DNA of 64,000 nt from Octopus sinensis. Its lineage: Eukaryota. How positions within the stretch are numbered: position 1 is the stretch's first letter; each line of letters starts with the position of its first letter. The stretch covers positions 2,418,001 through 2,482,000 of the forward strand of contig NC_043008.1 of the NCBI RefSeq assembly GCF_006345805.1, written 5' to 3'. Below the pieces are notes generated by a model. That model had not been told where the DNA came from. It saw nothing but the letters and a program-made list of their open reading frames with translations, and searched no databases. Both the position numbers and the translations under genes were made by a program. Below are positions 11,446-26,059 of the stretch, piece by piece.

Positions 11446-14400
11446 CTATACAAATTTTGTTAATTGATAATTTATGGGAGTGAGTGAAAGTCAAACGACA
11501 CTTCATCATTAAAGTGTTCATCTACTGGAATGAAATATCGCTAATAAAGATGTTATAATAAAAGGTTACGATGCAATTTATATCCATACTATTTTGAACA
11601 AAAAAAAATAATTACAGAAACTTTTTTAATATCCAATAAGCGAAGCGTATTTTCAGAATGATATTGCTTGCTCACATATCGAAAGCCAACTAATTTTAAC
11701 GCTGCGTTCAAAAGTTGACGACAAACAACGGTAGCCATGTTACATCTGACGTAAAACTAGTTGACAAATACATCAGTGTTCATTTATCTTCTCGATCACG
11801 TGTATAAGATGTAGGTAATGATACCAAGTATCTGTTATTGATGACAAAACATCAATAACATGTATTATTATTCACAGATTAACACCTAAGTGATAAAACG
11901 CACATGGACTGTGTCTACAAATACTATTGTTCTCCTTAAAATGCATGAACTTAACCAGGCAAGGCATAAAACACTTATTGAACAGAGGATGGATGTTTAA
12001 ACCTGTCGAAATGTTAATGAAGGTTATATAATAACACTGCTACGTCCCCCAAATGACAACCGGCAAGTCATTAAAAAAGAGAATCCTCTATGCTCATTAC
12101 TTCACTTAGTTTTAAGTGAAGTAAAAAAGGGGAAGATGGTTTTATGATTTTTGTCTAATTAACATGAATTCGGCTGGTGCGTACCGAATAGAAGTAAACC
12201 AACCATAATTAAATTAATCGTTCTTTTATAGTATTCTGCTTATGAAGCAACGCACCTTATCGATGCATCTATTGAGGCAGGGCTATTCACGTGTAGGAAA
12301 ACAAATCGAATGCATTCATGTTGCGCTGTATTCCAAGTTAAAACGGATCTGTGCAGTCAGATCTGACCTAGAGCTACCTAATACAACAGGGGTGGCTGCA
12401 TCCTCATGGCATGGATGTTATCGACCAGGACTTTTTGCGAGGCGTTATATCAAAGACAACAACAACAGCAACACAACAACGAAACCAGCTGCAGTAACGG
12501 AAGCAACAATAATAAATCAATTCCATGTCAGACATTTCGAAGGGAAAATACCTAAAATAACGTCTTAATTGATTCAGTTGCAACAAACTAACAACATTCT
12601 ATTGCAATTCGAATGGAGAATGATGTACAACGCTTATGGAATATTTCAGAATTTGCTAACAATTATATCATGAAGATTTAATTAATGCAAAAGGAGAAAG
12701 TTCTCAAGCTCGACATTCTTTAAAAACATGTAACATCTAATAAATTTTACAATATTGTCAGAAAAAAAAGAAATCAAGGTAAAAATTTAATACAGCATCG
12801 AGAGACAAACAGAAACACAGAAACGCAAATATTCCCACAATGAACGTAGTAGAGAGTGGCCATAGTGTTGTATAGAATGCTAAATATAGGAATCACGTCT
12901 CCAAACACGGCCTTCAGTCTCTGTAATAGTGTTTAAATGTGTTTACTCATGCTTCAAACGTATTTTAACATTCGCTACGTCTTTAGGACTGACCTGCATT
13001 TAAAAACCACATTCAAGATCACACTTATACACAGATAAGCATGAGAAAGTACAAAAAATACACACATACGCGCTTATAATGCCTAGAAACTGGGCACAAG
13101 AATATGAATGATGGATAATATCTAAGGAAACATGTTGCATGCTACATGCAAATACCTACGTTTCCAAATATATGAGTAATAAAACGTTTTATACAATGCC
13201 TATAAATATCGTAATATATAGAAACATTACGAAATATCTAACAATTTTTGTATCAGAATGGAAATTCTCTTTTAAAGAGAAGTAATGAAATAGAATCTAC
13301 ATGCCCGAAACTTCGTTCCAATTCGCAGCGAAATACATCCACGGGCAGGCGCGCACGAAGGTACATGTGGATATATATATATCAGGTAGGATTATAGGGG
13401 TTATTATATTTTATCCATGAATGGAATTGGAATATATAAATTGAATAAAATTATATTACAATGAGCAGAAAGAGATATATACAGCATGCGACGGTGTTTC
13501 CCGCAACAAACAGAAAATTGTCTCCGATTTTTGCTTGACAAACTGTAATAAGTGCAAGAGTAAAGAAATGTCGTTTAATTAGAGTTGTCGAAATCAAATT
13601 AGCGTCTGGTTATTCCAAACCATTTAAGTAAGAACTTTATGTCTTTCACGTTTTCTTTTATACTTTGCCAAATATTTATCGATTCAATAATTATTTTTAT
13701 CTATTCTGTATACTTATATATTTATTATCCTCATCTAACAATATATTAATCTTCCGAATTTTGAGTCGAATTTTAAAAGAATTTTGTCCTGTCTATCGGA
13801 GTTCCAAATTTACGTGGCATAAAACAAGAGCCAAATGCTGATTGGCCCATTTAATCATAGGTAATCATAAAATTACTTACGGTTGCCTTTAAGAAAATTC
13901 TGTCGTGAGAAGTAATTCTCGAAATTCGCATTCAGGTCATAGTTCTTCTTAGAATACACTCAGAACTGATGAAAGGCAGCACAGACCAATTTAGGTAAAT
14001 TTCAATTCACCCTAATTTAAATTTAACGTATTTCAGTCTATGTGTGTTCTGATTTCATGGAAGTTGTACAATTTAACACTTAATGCCTTCCGTACCGAGG
14101 AAGCTTTCCTATATTTCACACTTCGTTTCAATTGTATGTGATCCACCATTGTATGGAATAACTTGTTAACACTCTTCATAATTTAAAATTCCATCATTAG
14201 TAAGCAAAAAGGTCTTCACAAAAACAACCATCACTACCACCACAATCATCATCACCATTATCACCTTCACCAACGACATCCTAGTCAGTCGCTTCAATCC
14301 TCCTCACCTTTCTAATCCCCCTCAGCATCATCACCATAACCGTCATCGATATTGCCACCATCGTCGTCTTCATCATCACCGCCATAACTTACTCATCATC

Positions 14401-14629
14401 ATCAGCATCATAAATATCCCTATGAATGTTTAAGAAGGAAATTCTCCTCCACGAATGATTTATATGGATTCGGTCCGTTTTCATACGAACATAATATAAA
14501 GACGCTTTTAATTTACTGCAAACTCAAATGAATGTAATTTGTGATTGCTTTTGAGATTCGTGAGTTTTATCCCTGACTTCTATCAACCTCTCTTTCCACA
14601 TCTTCGCTGCAATGTGCAATTAGTAATTT

Positions 14630-14666
<37 letters not shown>

Positions 14667-14759
14667 GAGAGCGTGTTTGTGTGTGTTCGTGTGTTCTCTT
14701 GTGTGTGTGCATGTGTATATGTGTATGTATTTATATAAATGTATATATAAATATATATA

Positions 14760-14780
14760 TATAGATAGATAGATAGATAT

Positions 14781-14823
<43 letters not shown>

Positions 14824-14890
14824 TAGATCTAGATATATAGATATATATAAGCGTGTGTATGCTTGGATGGATAGATGGATGGATGGATGG
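14760..14890. repeat. (GATA)n and (GGAT)n microsatellites
   Basis: Directly visible. Confidence 0.9.
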
Positions 14891-16432
14891 CTGTATAACA
14901 TGCTTACCTCGGCAGATGCGCATGGAATGATTCATAGACATAGATAGAGAAACACACAGACACTCTGATGGATAGATAGCTAGATAGAGAGATAAGCCAT
15001 GCACCGGTACACCTTTTGATTCACAATATAGTTAGCTTTAGTTCTTCCCTTATCTCTGGCCATTTATAGCTAATTCCTTGAAGTAGGAGAAAGTGTTAAG
15101 TCAAGCCTGATACAACTTGACCGCTGACTATTAAAGAAATATTGCCTAATAATCTATTTCTGGCCACAGCTATTCTGATTCTGACTCCCTTTCCTTCTCT
15201 CTGGCTTTCTATATTTCTTTTTCTTTGTTTTTCTTCCTCATTCCGTTTTTCATACACCACTCTGCTAATGCTAATGTCTGTAACACGTTACATCAAAAGA
15301 GACACAAATTACAACATTATTCCTGATCAGAATATGAACAACTTATTACATGAACTATTTTATGAATAGAATTCTCATTGTCTAGCCAAAAACACAGACC
15401 AATAAAATTATCTACCATTCTTCCTCTCACCGCGCAAACTCAGATATCACAGAATTATCTTTATGATCCATTTTGATATTTAATAAAGGCAACATTTTTC
15501 TTAACCGAGAAACTGGATTGCTATAAAACAACACTTTCTCCTATCATAATAGTAGTACTTTCCACGCTAGAATATTTTCAATGCCAACAAGTTTAACAAA
15601 ACTTTAGGCTGCGTGCCTAAAAGATCACCACTAAAGTCAATCTTTATTAGCACCCAGCTGTCCATGATCTCATAAAAATAATAAATTATATAACACTACA
15701 TAGATAAGTTCTAAGAGTTTATTTCTAATGTCGACATCAAATTAGTGTTTCTCTCTGTCTCTCAGCAAGTCTCTCCGTCTCTCCATCTGTCTCTTTCTTT
15801 CTCTCTCTCTAACCCTTTCTCTTTGCTATTCAATCTTTTGCTTTGAGGAGATGAAAAGAAAGTCAAAGTAACATACAAAACTAAACCGTAATAAATCTTA
15901 TCAAAAGAATTGGATAGATATCACACATTACATAAATAGCTTATAGTTTAGAAGATACAATATATAGGGAGATATAAAATTGCAAACATTAAATGTAAAA
16001 AAAAAGATAATAAAAAGCTATCGAAATTTTGGGTTCGAATGTTACTTTCAATATTATTGATATTTATGTTATTGATTTCAGTATAACAGAAATATAATAA
16101 ATTCTGTGAAACATGCAGAGTTGTGACCAAAAGAAGTTTAAAAACAAACTACATGTATTATAGTGCCCATATTTTATCATTCTTATGTTACATGGCAGAT
16201 ACAATATTATAATGAAATCTCATAAGAGTTATCATCTCAGAAAAACATTGTGCTGTAAACAATTCATTATCAAATTATCTTGTCGACAACTCAACACATT
16301 TTATTATCATTATAGATTGTATTCGCAATACTTGTGTGTGTGTTTGTGTGTATATGTAGATGTGTGTGTGCAAGTATGTTTGTATATTTCTATCAGTCTT
16401 TCGAAGCTTAGTTGCACACATATACACATACA

Positions 16433-16517
<85 letters not shown>

Positions 16518-19434
16518 ATATTTATATATATATAAACTGAGAGAGTGTGTGTCTGTCTGTTTGTCTGCATGTGTGTATCCCGAAAGCTTTTTACGTAGAA
16601 TTTTCTTTATAATACGCTACGTCCCCCCTTTGTAGTATATACTGATGTGCTGAGTAACTTTCTAAAAGCCAACAAAATACATGAGTTCCATTTTATTCTT
16701 CTTTGCTTATATTTGTCATTAGAAATGACCACGTAATACTCACCCCCTATAAGCTATATTCTCGTCACGATATTCTCAATTTCAATTTATATACAATCTG
16801 TTCGTAGAGATCTACGTGTTCTAGGAAATATTTATATTTGTGGAGTCGTATGTTTTTGTGGCAGTTTAGTTAATAATTTTTGCACATTTCCTCACGACGC
16901 AGGGATTTATTCAATGGCGTTGCTGCTCTTAACAAAGTTGATGATATCGAGGCTGAATATTTTGGAACTGATGAGAGAATAAATAGAGTAGAGGGGAGTT
17001 TAGGCTATTTATGTTGCCAATAAGGGAATTTAAGCGAAGAATTTTGTTCTCTTATTTGTGAATTCGACGACGAAAATGATTGGAATGTTCACCACGTCGT
17101 TACTTCTAATGATGAGGATGTGGACCGGGTCGTTAATGGTAATGGTGATGATTAGGTGAAATAGCAATGAAGAGGATGATTATGAGGATGTTCATGACAA
17201 GAGCGAGCGCAGGATATCGAAGATCACTAATATCATTGATGGCTGAAAAGGAGTGGAGAAGGAAAAGGAAAAAAAGGGAAAGAAATTATCAAAATGATCA
17301 TAATGAACGCCACACCAGGGTGCCACAATGACGACGACGCCATGAATTCAACGATGACAACGTTATTGATAATGACGATGACGATTATAAAGATGATAAA
17401 TGTTAGGCACACACACACACACAAATATGCGTGTGGTGTGTTTATGTGCGTGTGTGAGAAGTCATAAATAAGAGTTACTTCGTCTAATTTCAGAAAGGCT
17501 GTAGCAGTATCGGTCAGCTGCACAAAGTAAATTAGAGAAAATAAGAGAAAATTAATGGGTTTAAAAAATAATATTCTGACTCAATAAAGAGTACGTTTTC
17601 TCTTCAAGCATTTTATTGTTTTTTTTCTCTCAATGGTGTATATTATATAGAGGACGAATGGAGTTGTTTTATTTTATTTTATTTTCTGCCAAGTCTGAAG
17701 CAGACTGAAACATACTAATGGCTATTGCTAGTATAGTTTATACCTTGGAACTATAATTTGCAACTCCTATTTTGTTATAACAGTTCTTGACTAGAACTGG
17801 ATAAATACTCAAATTGTTTCTAAGAGAGATAATTGCAAAGGGGGTCTGTCAATTAAGAATGAGATAATGTATTAATGTATAAGTGTATTAATGGTTTTTG
17901 GAGATCAGAGTTATATGATTTATACATACATACATACATATAGACCTACCCCAACCCGTGTACATCACATATATGTGTGTGTTTGTGCGAATGTACTTAT
18001 ATATATATGTGTGTGTCTGAGTGTGTGTGTATGTATAACACTAAATCTATGCAAATGTGCGTTTTTGTGTCTGTGTAGGCATTACAAAAACTCATATATA
18101 ATTATTTTGAATAGCTTGGGTGTTTTGTATCAAAGGATATTTGGAAGATTGAATTACAATAGTCAACATAACATTGTGATAAAATTATGAAGAAACTTCG
18201 TCTGATCCAGCTTAACTAAAATGTCTGCTTTTGGCGTTTTTCTGTTTTACGCTGTGTGTATGTGTATTCCCTTGTTTGTTTTCTTTTGAGAGACTGATCA
18301 ACTGATTGATGTGTTGGTTAAAGGTCATGTATTTTATCTAATATAACATGAAGACTGTTGGGCCCTAGAGGAATTGGTGCCACCAAAATAGATGTGTTTC
18401 AATAATAAATTTGTTATAATTTCTGGGATGGAATAATTATTTCATATCATAATTTGTGACATTTACTTTGAGACAGGAGTCATCTATCCATTTATTAATA
18501 TTTTTCATAACGTCTAGCAAATCACTTTGTGAGTTTTCTATTGAGATGGGGATATACATGGGTCGTTACTATTTGAGTAACCTTGGAATATTTATAAATG
18601 AACAGCAGTGAAAGACAAGAGTATATCATATTTGCTTGTTAGCTGATTATTTTTTTTTTATATTTGGTATACTTAGAATTGATATCGATAAGAATATATA
18701 GCTTCTCCGATTATTAACCTAAATATTAGTGAAGAAACATATTCCTGTCGCTACAAAACAATACGGAAAATTGGAATTTCAGCCGCTATCACAGATGGTT
18801 TTCTTTCTCTGTGTGCTTGTACGTGTGCGTGCCCGTGTGTGAGGGGATATGAAATGCATATACTGGGCCGGGTTTGAACAAATAACGCATATTTCTAAAT
18901 TGAAAATTTATATATATAACGTTTGTTGAAATGCCTGATTGGGGCAGAGAGCTACAAATGTTCATTGGTCACAAATATGTTTTGTTAGATCCTGCTTAGT
19001 ATTATGTCCTTAAGCAGGATGAATGGCACGTAATGATCTATGACAAAATCAGATCAATAAGCTCAGTTTTATATATGGAAAATGTAATATATCAGACATA
19101 ATATTTTAAATTCATATTACCTTCTCTCTTAACCTACTGAAGACATTTGGATATGATTCAGACGAGGGGATATTGCTGTTTAATACGGGTATCGGCATGG
19201 AGCATTAATCGTGCTTAACGTTTTGGTATGCAACTACCGTCTGAGCCACACTGAGATAATTAGAATGGAATTCTAATGAAGACCAGAATATAAGTTATCG
19301 GATGGAATACGCAATGATTATGGTACGAACAGCTTTGATAGTTGCTAGTCTTGATCAGCGCTTGAAAATTTTAACCAAGTAAAATCATTCATACACGTTG
19401 CATGTGCTTTTTTGTGGGTGTCATTGAGTTACTT

Positions 19435-19502
19435 CGTTCTACCTTTCGAATGCTTTCGAATCCGTTCTACCTTTCGAATGCTTTCGAATCCGTTCTACCT
19501 TT
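19435..19502. repeat. 28-bp minisatellite, about 2.4 copies
   Basis: cgttctacctttcgaatgctttcgaatc twice, plus a partial copy. Confidence 0.95.
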
Positions 19503-19738
19503 GAAATAATATTATCTAGCTTTCACTTCTTCACATGAACTTGCGGTAAATGAATATCAAATATATCCACAGATCGTTACGGTGAGAAGTAGCAAGTAGA
19601 AGAATATTACCTCAGAAAAATAATGCAATGATAAATATGTATCTCAGATCAACAACTCTCATCAAATATATTTAAGATCCTCTCAATGTGGGAATGGCAA
19701 ATCAAATACATTTTTACTTCCACCTATTCTGTGATGCA

Positions 19739-19777
<39 letters not shown>

Positions 19778-19911
19778 GATTTAGCAAGATGTTCCTTCAC
19801 CATATACCGAAAATTTAGAAATATCAGTCAAAGGACTGTTAATTTCTTTTCACTACATATATGACTCCATAGACGACAATTTATTAATTATTAAATTAGC
19901 AATTCCTATAA

Positions 19912-19950
<39 letters not shown>

Positions 19951-21976
19951 TCAAAACTAACGGATAAGCAGGACGTGGAACGTGACATTCAGAAAATGCT
20001 AAGCAATGTTGTAATATATATATGGTAAGCTTTGTCTTTCAACTATACAAAATCTGCCTCATTAATATTAAACAGAATATCTTAGGCGTATCTAATATCA
20101 AATTCGTAAAAGTAGTTATTGAAATCTCTATGCGATGATATGACTCCAAATTTAAACAAACCACTAGTTTCTTTGCAGCGCAAGATTAATTTCCTTCCTT
20201 TTATCATTTTGTTTTTACTAGAAGCTTCTTTATCATTGTCAATGGAAGATTTTCGGTACGTTAACACATTGTAACTAGAAACTGACACGACTATATGTAG
20301 TTAATATTCTTGTAATTCAAAAGTGAAAATGGAGCAACTTTCCTCTGCACTGAAATCAACTTATATGAAAAGATTTTAACGAGAATTAGACATAGGAAAA
20401 AATGTTGTTAAACAGCACATGAAATATTAAAGACTGTGAATGGTTGTTCATTTATCATAGACCAAACGTAAGATTTCATTATTAGTGTGATCAAACAATT
20501 GCATTCTAGAACTATGATTCTCGGTCAGTGGAATGAATGATGTGTGATGACCTAACCTAATCTTTTTGATTCGCAATTATTGATCTCAGGGAAATCTATG
20601 CCTTCTGATTAGCGAGAGATGGTTTACTAGAGTTCACCTCAATGCTATCGCAAAGCCATCAGCAACAATTGCGTAGCTTACTATCTAATACCCGAAATTT
20701 CTGTATTAAACGAATCGATATGGCGTTTTGAGTTTGAGTGAATAGAAATAGATTCTGATACACAGTACAATAATAATATTGCAGCCAACCCAATCTCAAA
20801 CAACAAGAACTGTGACCAGTCACAAGCATTGATCTACTGAAGAATTTCATCGAGAAATTTTTCAGAAGCCGGTTCAATATGGCTGTTCGAATTCCTGGAA
20901 CGTGTCTAGGAGTCATTATTGAAATTACCCCACCCTATATATCTGAGTGCGCGTATATGAGTGTGAACCACCTCAGACCATCAGAATCTCATAGTCAAAT
21001 AAATGCTCCAATCATCCTTCATCAGTACGACAACTGTCCAAAATTATATCCTGAACCCAATAGACTAAGACATAAAAACTAGTAAAACTTTTCTGGCTCA
21101 GGTAATTGACTAATTTAAAATAAAGGACCAGCAAAGAGAAAAAAATTCAGATTAAGTACATTCTTCAGAAAGCATACCCGAGTCCCTTACAGTGTTTTTA
21201 GTATTATATGCTTTTACCGAGTAGTTTATAAGCTTACGGTCACACAATTTACAAATACTATATATATATATATATATATATATGGGGGGGGGTATACGTA
21301 CATAAATACATTCCTTATTCGTACATAATGGTGTCAGGCATGTATGCCGAGTGTACGTGTATTAGAAATGCGTGTTATTACGTAAGTATATGTATGCATA
21401 CGGCCACGAACATGTGTGGATAATCGATTGTACATTATTGTATACATTGCTACATATCTATATATGCATATCCTTATTCCCTGTGAACATGAATAAATGT
21501 AGTTTTGGTATTAGGGAAGTACATGTGAGAGTACAGCAACGTAGTGGTGTAGAAGAAATAAGCACGGTTTAACGTTATCTATAAATGTAAATTCTTTTGG
21601 TGGGTATTATGATAAAAAACCTTATCATTTCGGTCTTCGGGCGAGATATCAAATTTGTATCTCCTATTCCCTATCAACCAACCAACTCTAAGAATATTTC
21701 ACATTCCTCCCGGTTCCAGTCACCTTCATGAAGCTCCTTTATAAACTACAAACTAAAGAAATTAATTCTCGAGCTGAAGTTCGAAGTTGGCCGGGGAATC
21801 GTGAACTATTACTACTTGCTCTCATGGAATGATTTACCCCTTAACTCCTTAATTGGTGATATATTCACCTGATGCAAGCATTATTTTTTATAAGATGTAA
21901 CACATCTATCCATCAATAAGGAAACACGTCTGAAATATATGTAGTGAATGAACCACTAACCATCTGTTGTTCTTAA

Positions 21977-22018
<42 letters not shown>

Positions 22019-22021
<3 letters not shown>

Positions 22022-22214
22022 ATTATGTATATATGTATATGTGATATATATATATATATAATATATATATATATACATATATACACATACATATATATAT
22101 ATATGTATACGTATGTGTATGTATGTATATGTGTATGTAAGTCTGTATGATGTATGTATGTACTTATGTATGTATAGATATATAATTGTATTCATAGGAA
22201 AAGAGAGACGAAAA

Positions 22215-22280
<66 letters not shown>

Positions 22281-22473
22281 ATTATGTATATATGTATATG
22301 TGATATATATATATATAAATTATATATATATATACATATATACACATACATATATATATATATGTATACGTATGTGTATGTATGTATATGTGTATGTAAG
22401 TCTGTATGATGTATGTATGTACTTATGTATGTATAGATATATAATTGTATTCATAGGAAAAGAGAGACGAAAA

Positions 22474-22540
<67 letters not shown>
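22019..22540. repeat. 259-bp tandem duplication of a compound microsatellite block
   Basis: gtaattatgt at 22019/22278 and cataggaaaagagagacgaaaaataaat at 22193/22452. Confidence 0.95.
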
Positions 22541-22542
<2 letters not shown>

Positions 22543-23149
22543 GTCAACTAAAAAACCAAATACACGAAATTCAGTAATAGGAGTGAAGCAAATAGATTTA
22601 TCAATGTATATCAAAACAACCTCCTCTCTTTCCATTTTATTATAAACTTGTCTCTCTTTGTCGCAAGACATGGACGACAATTATCTTTAATATTTACAGT
22701 CTGTAGCCGTTTTCTTTCAAATGACACTTTGTCACCACTTGAATAAAAAATATTTTCATATTCAATAAGATTCTTATCTTAGAAATGTATTCGCCTCCTC
22801 CTTACTTACTTATGTCTAATAATGTGTTTTATTTATACATACGCACATGCACTCACCCACACACACATATATACACCCTGATACACAATATACATATGCA
22901 CACGTTTAATTACACACGCATACACACATATTCTCTATTGTATAGACACTCCCGATTTTGTGTGCAACTCAACATTTATACTCTTTATGCACCAATACAT
23001 CTGCAAGAGTGACGCTCATACCTAAACACATACATACACACAGAACACTACATACTTACCTATCTACAACCTGTAGGCAAGGCTTCGTGAGGTTTTATTG
23101 TAACGTTAAAAAAATTTACACGCATAATTTATCTATAATTTTCTAAGCA

Positions 23150-24095
23150 GATACGTTAAATTACTATTCAATAGCCAATTCAATATACAGGTATTCGTCA
23201 AACCTCGGCAGGAGACTGGCATTTTTTAGCTGACCACTGTACAATAATCGATTGAAATCGAAAACTATTGGAGATAACTGATAGAATTGATTGCTTTCAT
23301 GTAAGGATAGGATTCAGTGATTCAGCGCAGGCCACCTATATCGTCGGTATTTTCATTGTTGTTCAGATCGAATTCTGGTTTCCTAAATTAGTGCGGGGGT
23401 CTATAAGGGAATACCACGCTGTCCTGATACAAAATTGTAGTAATTGATATCGGAAAAAAACATAAACAAAATCGTATATATTTTTAAAAACAAGTTAGAG
23501 CTTTGTATAAGAATTGAAAATGATCATAAAATAGTAAATGTCCTGGATGTAAAACTTAACTTAAACAAAACCTTTTGAACAATTGCACAAAACAGACGAA
23601 AACTGAAAATATATAGACAAAAATTAAATAATTTGTACATAGTGTATCGGATAAGTTCTCGAGGCTGTCAACAAATGAAAATGTTCAATTCAAACGCAGT
23701 GTATTTCCACGCAGAAGCAGTTGGCACTGGATATATAGACAAAATTAAACATTCATCCTACAATAGGATAACAAATAATTGGATTTCAGGTAAATGAGAT
23801 TTGCGAAGATAGGTATACAAATAGTGTAGAAGGTAGGGAAGGTAAACACAAAGCACAAATTTGAAGGTAAAAGTCGAAGAATAATCAATAAAAAAAATAA
23901 TAAAATACAACGAACCAAGTAGAACATATCATTACGATAATCCCACTTAAAAATCAGGTAGATGTTACATACTAGACTTCATTCCGATATTCAGAAATAC
24001 ATGGGAGATCAGAAATTGTCAATCAATTTTCTTTGCATTAGACAGACACTTTCCGAAATATATTAAGTATTATAAATTTTTTAACAGGTATTATA
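23150..24095 (+). mobile_element. Penelope-like element, degenerate RT and thumb remnant
   Basis: Fragments in order: GFSDSAQATYIVGIF (~MGS.DSAQ..DLVGLY), IRIENDHKIVNVLDVKLNLNK (~ITIE.N.KIVNFLDV.LNL), RLSTNE..FNSNA..Y...GTGYIDKI, and LDRHFPKYIKYYKFFNR (~HFP....YYKIFNR). Interrupted on the right by a SINE. Confidence 0.8.
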
Positions 24096-24105
24096 ACATC
24101 TTATG

Positions 24106-24490
24106 GGCGCAAAAATGGCTGTGTGGTAAGACGCTTGCTTCCGAACCACATGGTTCCGGGTTCAGTCCCACTACGTGACAGCTTACACAAGTGACAGCTT
24201 ACACAAGTGACTTGTACTATAGCTTCGAGCAGACCAAAGCCTTGTGAGTGGATTTGGTAGATGGAAACTGAAAGCCCGTCGTATATATATATATCTGTAT
24301 GAGTGTGTATGTGTGTGTGTTCCTCCAACCAATGTTGTTGTGTTTACGTTCCCGTAACTTAGCGTTTCGGCAAAAGATACCGATATAATGAATACCAGGT
24401 GTACAAAGAATAAGTCCTGAGGTCGACTTGCTTCACAAAAAAGCGGTGCTCAAGCATGGCCGCAGTCAAATTATTGAAAGATGTAAAAGG
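24106..24490 (+). mobile_element. tRNA-derived SINE, family A (octopus-type), full length
   Basis: A box tggctgtgtgg (24116-24126), B box ggttcagtccc (24159-24169), central gccttgtgagtggatttggtagatggaaactg, internal TA/TG tract, 3' gcatggccgcagtcaaa...taaaag. Homologous to 40877-41318. Confidence 0.9.
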
Positions 24491-24959
24491 GTAAATTAGG
24501 AAATATATGGTGGAATTCTCAAATGTGACCCCATACAGCCTAGAGTTTCATATCCACGAGCTAAATTACAGAAAGCCAAATAAGGTAAAAATAAAACCAT
24601 GAAAATAGGGTCCAGAATAATGTAAATCTAGAAAGAAGGGAAGAGAGTGACAATGGTAGCAGTGGGAAATATATCAACATTAGCACAGGTTGTGGGAATA
24701 GCATAATCCTATTGTAGGGTTTCGAAGAATATAGAGGGTTCCATATAATATTTATATTAGGATATTCGAAATCTCCATTTAAAATAGTACACGGAGACAG
24801 CAGGATAAAGCCCTTAGTAGAATAGGTGGGGAAGATGAAAGGGAAGAGTGAAGCGTAGTGACGGAATGAAACCGAGGACGCTAAGCGAAGAGGAATTAAA
24901 ACTTCGCTCTCTTCTTTCACCTTCCCAACTTGTCCTAAAAACGATGTTTACCTGTTGTA

Positions 24960-24996
<37 letters not shown>

Positions 24997-26059
24997 ATCT
25001 GCCTCTCTCTCCTTGACTACGACTATGTCGTCTGAGATACATCGACCGGCACATTAATCGAAGCTAATCTGATCACACTTAATTTCAAGGTAATATTATT
25101 GTTTGCATGTCATTTTGTAATGACTAAAATAATTCTAATATGGAGAAGGACATTTGCTGTCTCAAGTAAATTATTTTAAATGAGTTCACGACTTTTGATA
25201 ACAAATTTCGTTTGTCGGTTACACAGGCAATGTAATGATTTGAAAATATTGAGCGTGACTGTGTAAAGATTAGAATGATTTGAATGTGCCAGTGATAATC
25301 AAAAGACAATTCTGTGGTATTTCCTTGAAACAATAGTTAAAATATTCCCCAATGAAGAAATACACAGCAACAAAAAAAGAAAATTAGAAAAGTATTAGTA
25401 AAGTGTGCATATGTGAATATTTACGTATCCTAACGAATACAAAGGAGAAAAATTCCCAGCAGTTGCTCGGTTGGTAGGTAGCTAGGTAGGTTGGTAAATA
25501 GGTAGGTTGTTGGAGGGGTATGTAGGTAGACAGGTAGGTATGTAGATATATGTGTAGTTATGTCCGTGTGTCCTGCATATGTTTAAGTATATAAGGAAAG
25601 ATATACGTTGGGTTAGAAATCAGAAGCGGAAGTAAGTGTTGAAAACCCAATAAAGAAAATGTGTCTATATACATGTGCGTAGAGAAATGAAAGTGTATAT
25701 ACGTATATGTCCACAGCAGGGTGTGTGTAGGAGGTAAATGTGTGTTTGTACGAATAAAACAAATTATTGGACATAAATATGTAAGAAGTGTGGGCGAAGA
25801 AATCTGTACGCAAGATAAGAATCTTATTGAATATGAAAACGTTTTTTTACTAAAATGGTGACAATGGGTCATTTGAAAGAAAACAGCTACAGACTATGAG
25901 ATCGAATATAATTCTAGTCAATGGCTTGAGACTAAAAGCGAGTAGCTTATAACGAAATGGAAAGAGATTATCTTTATATACATTAATAAATTTATTTGTT
26001 AATACGCACACACGCAAACACACACAGACATATATGTGTGTGTGTATATATATATATTC

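Noticed and set aside
12242-12568. 108-aa ORF ending near an (AAC)n tract
   Set aside because: Possibly a LINE 3' end, but no diagnostic motif was found and part of the ORF is simple repeat.
20640-21082. Coding-like block with ORFs on both strands
   Set aside because: No identifiable protein or transposon motif, and no consistent splice signals.
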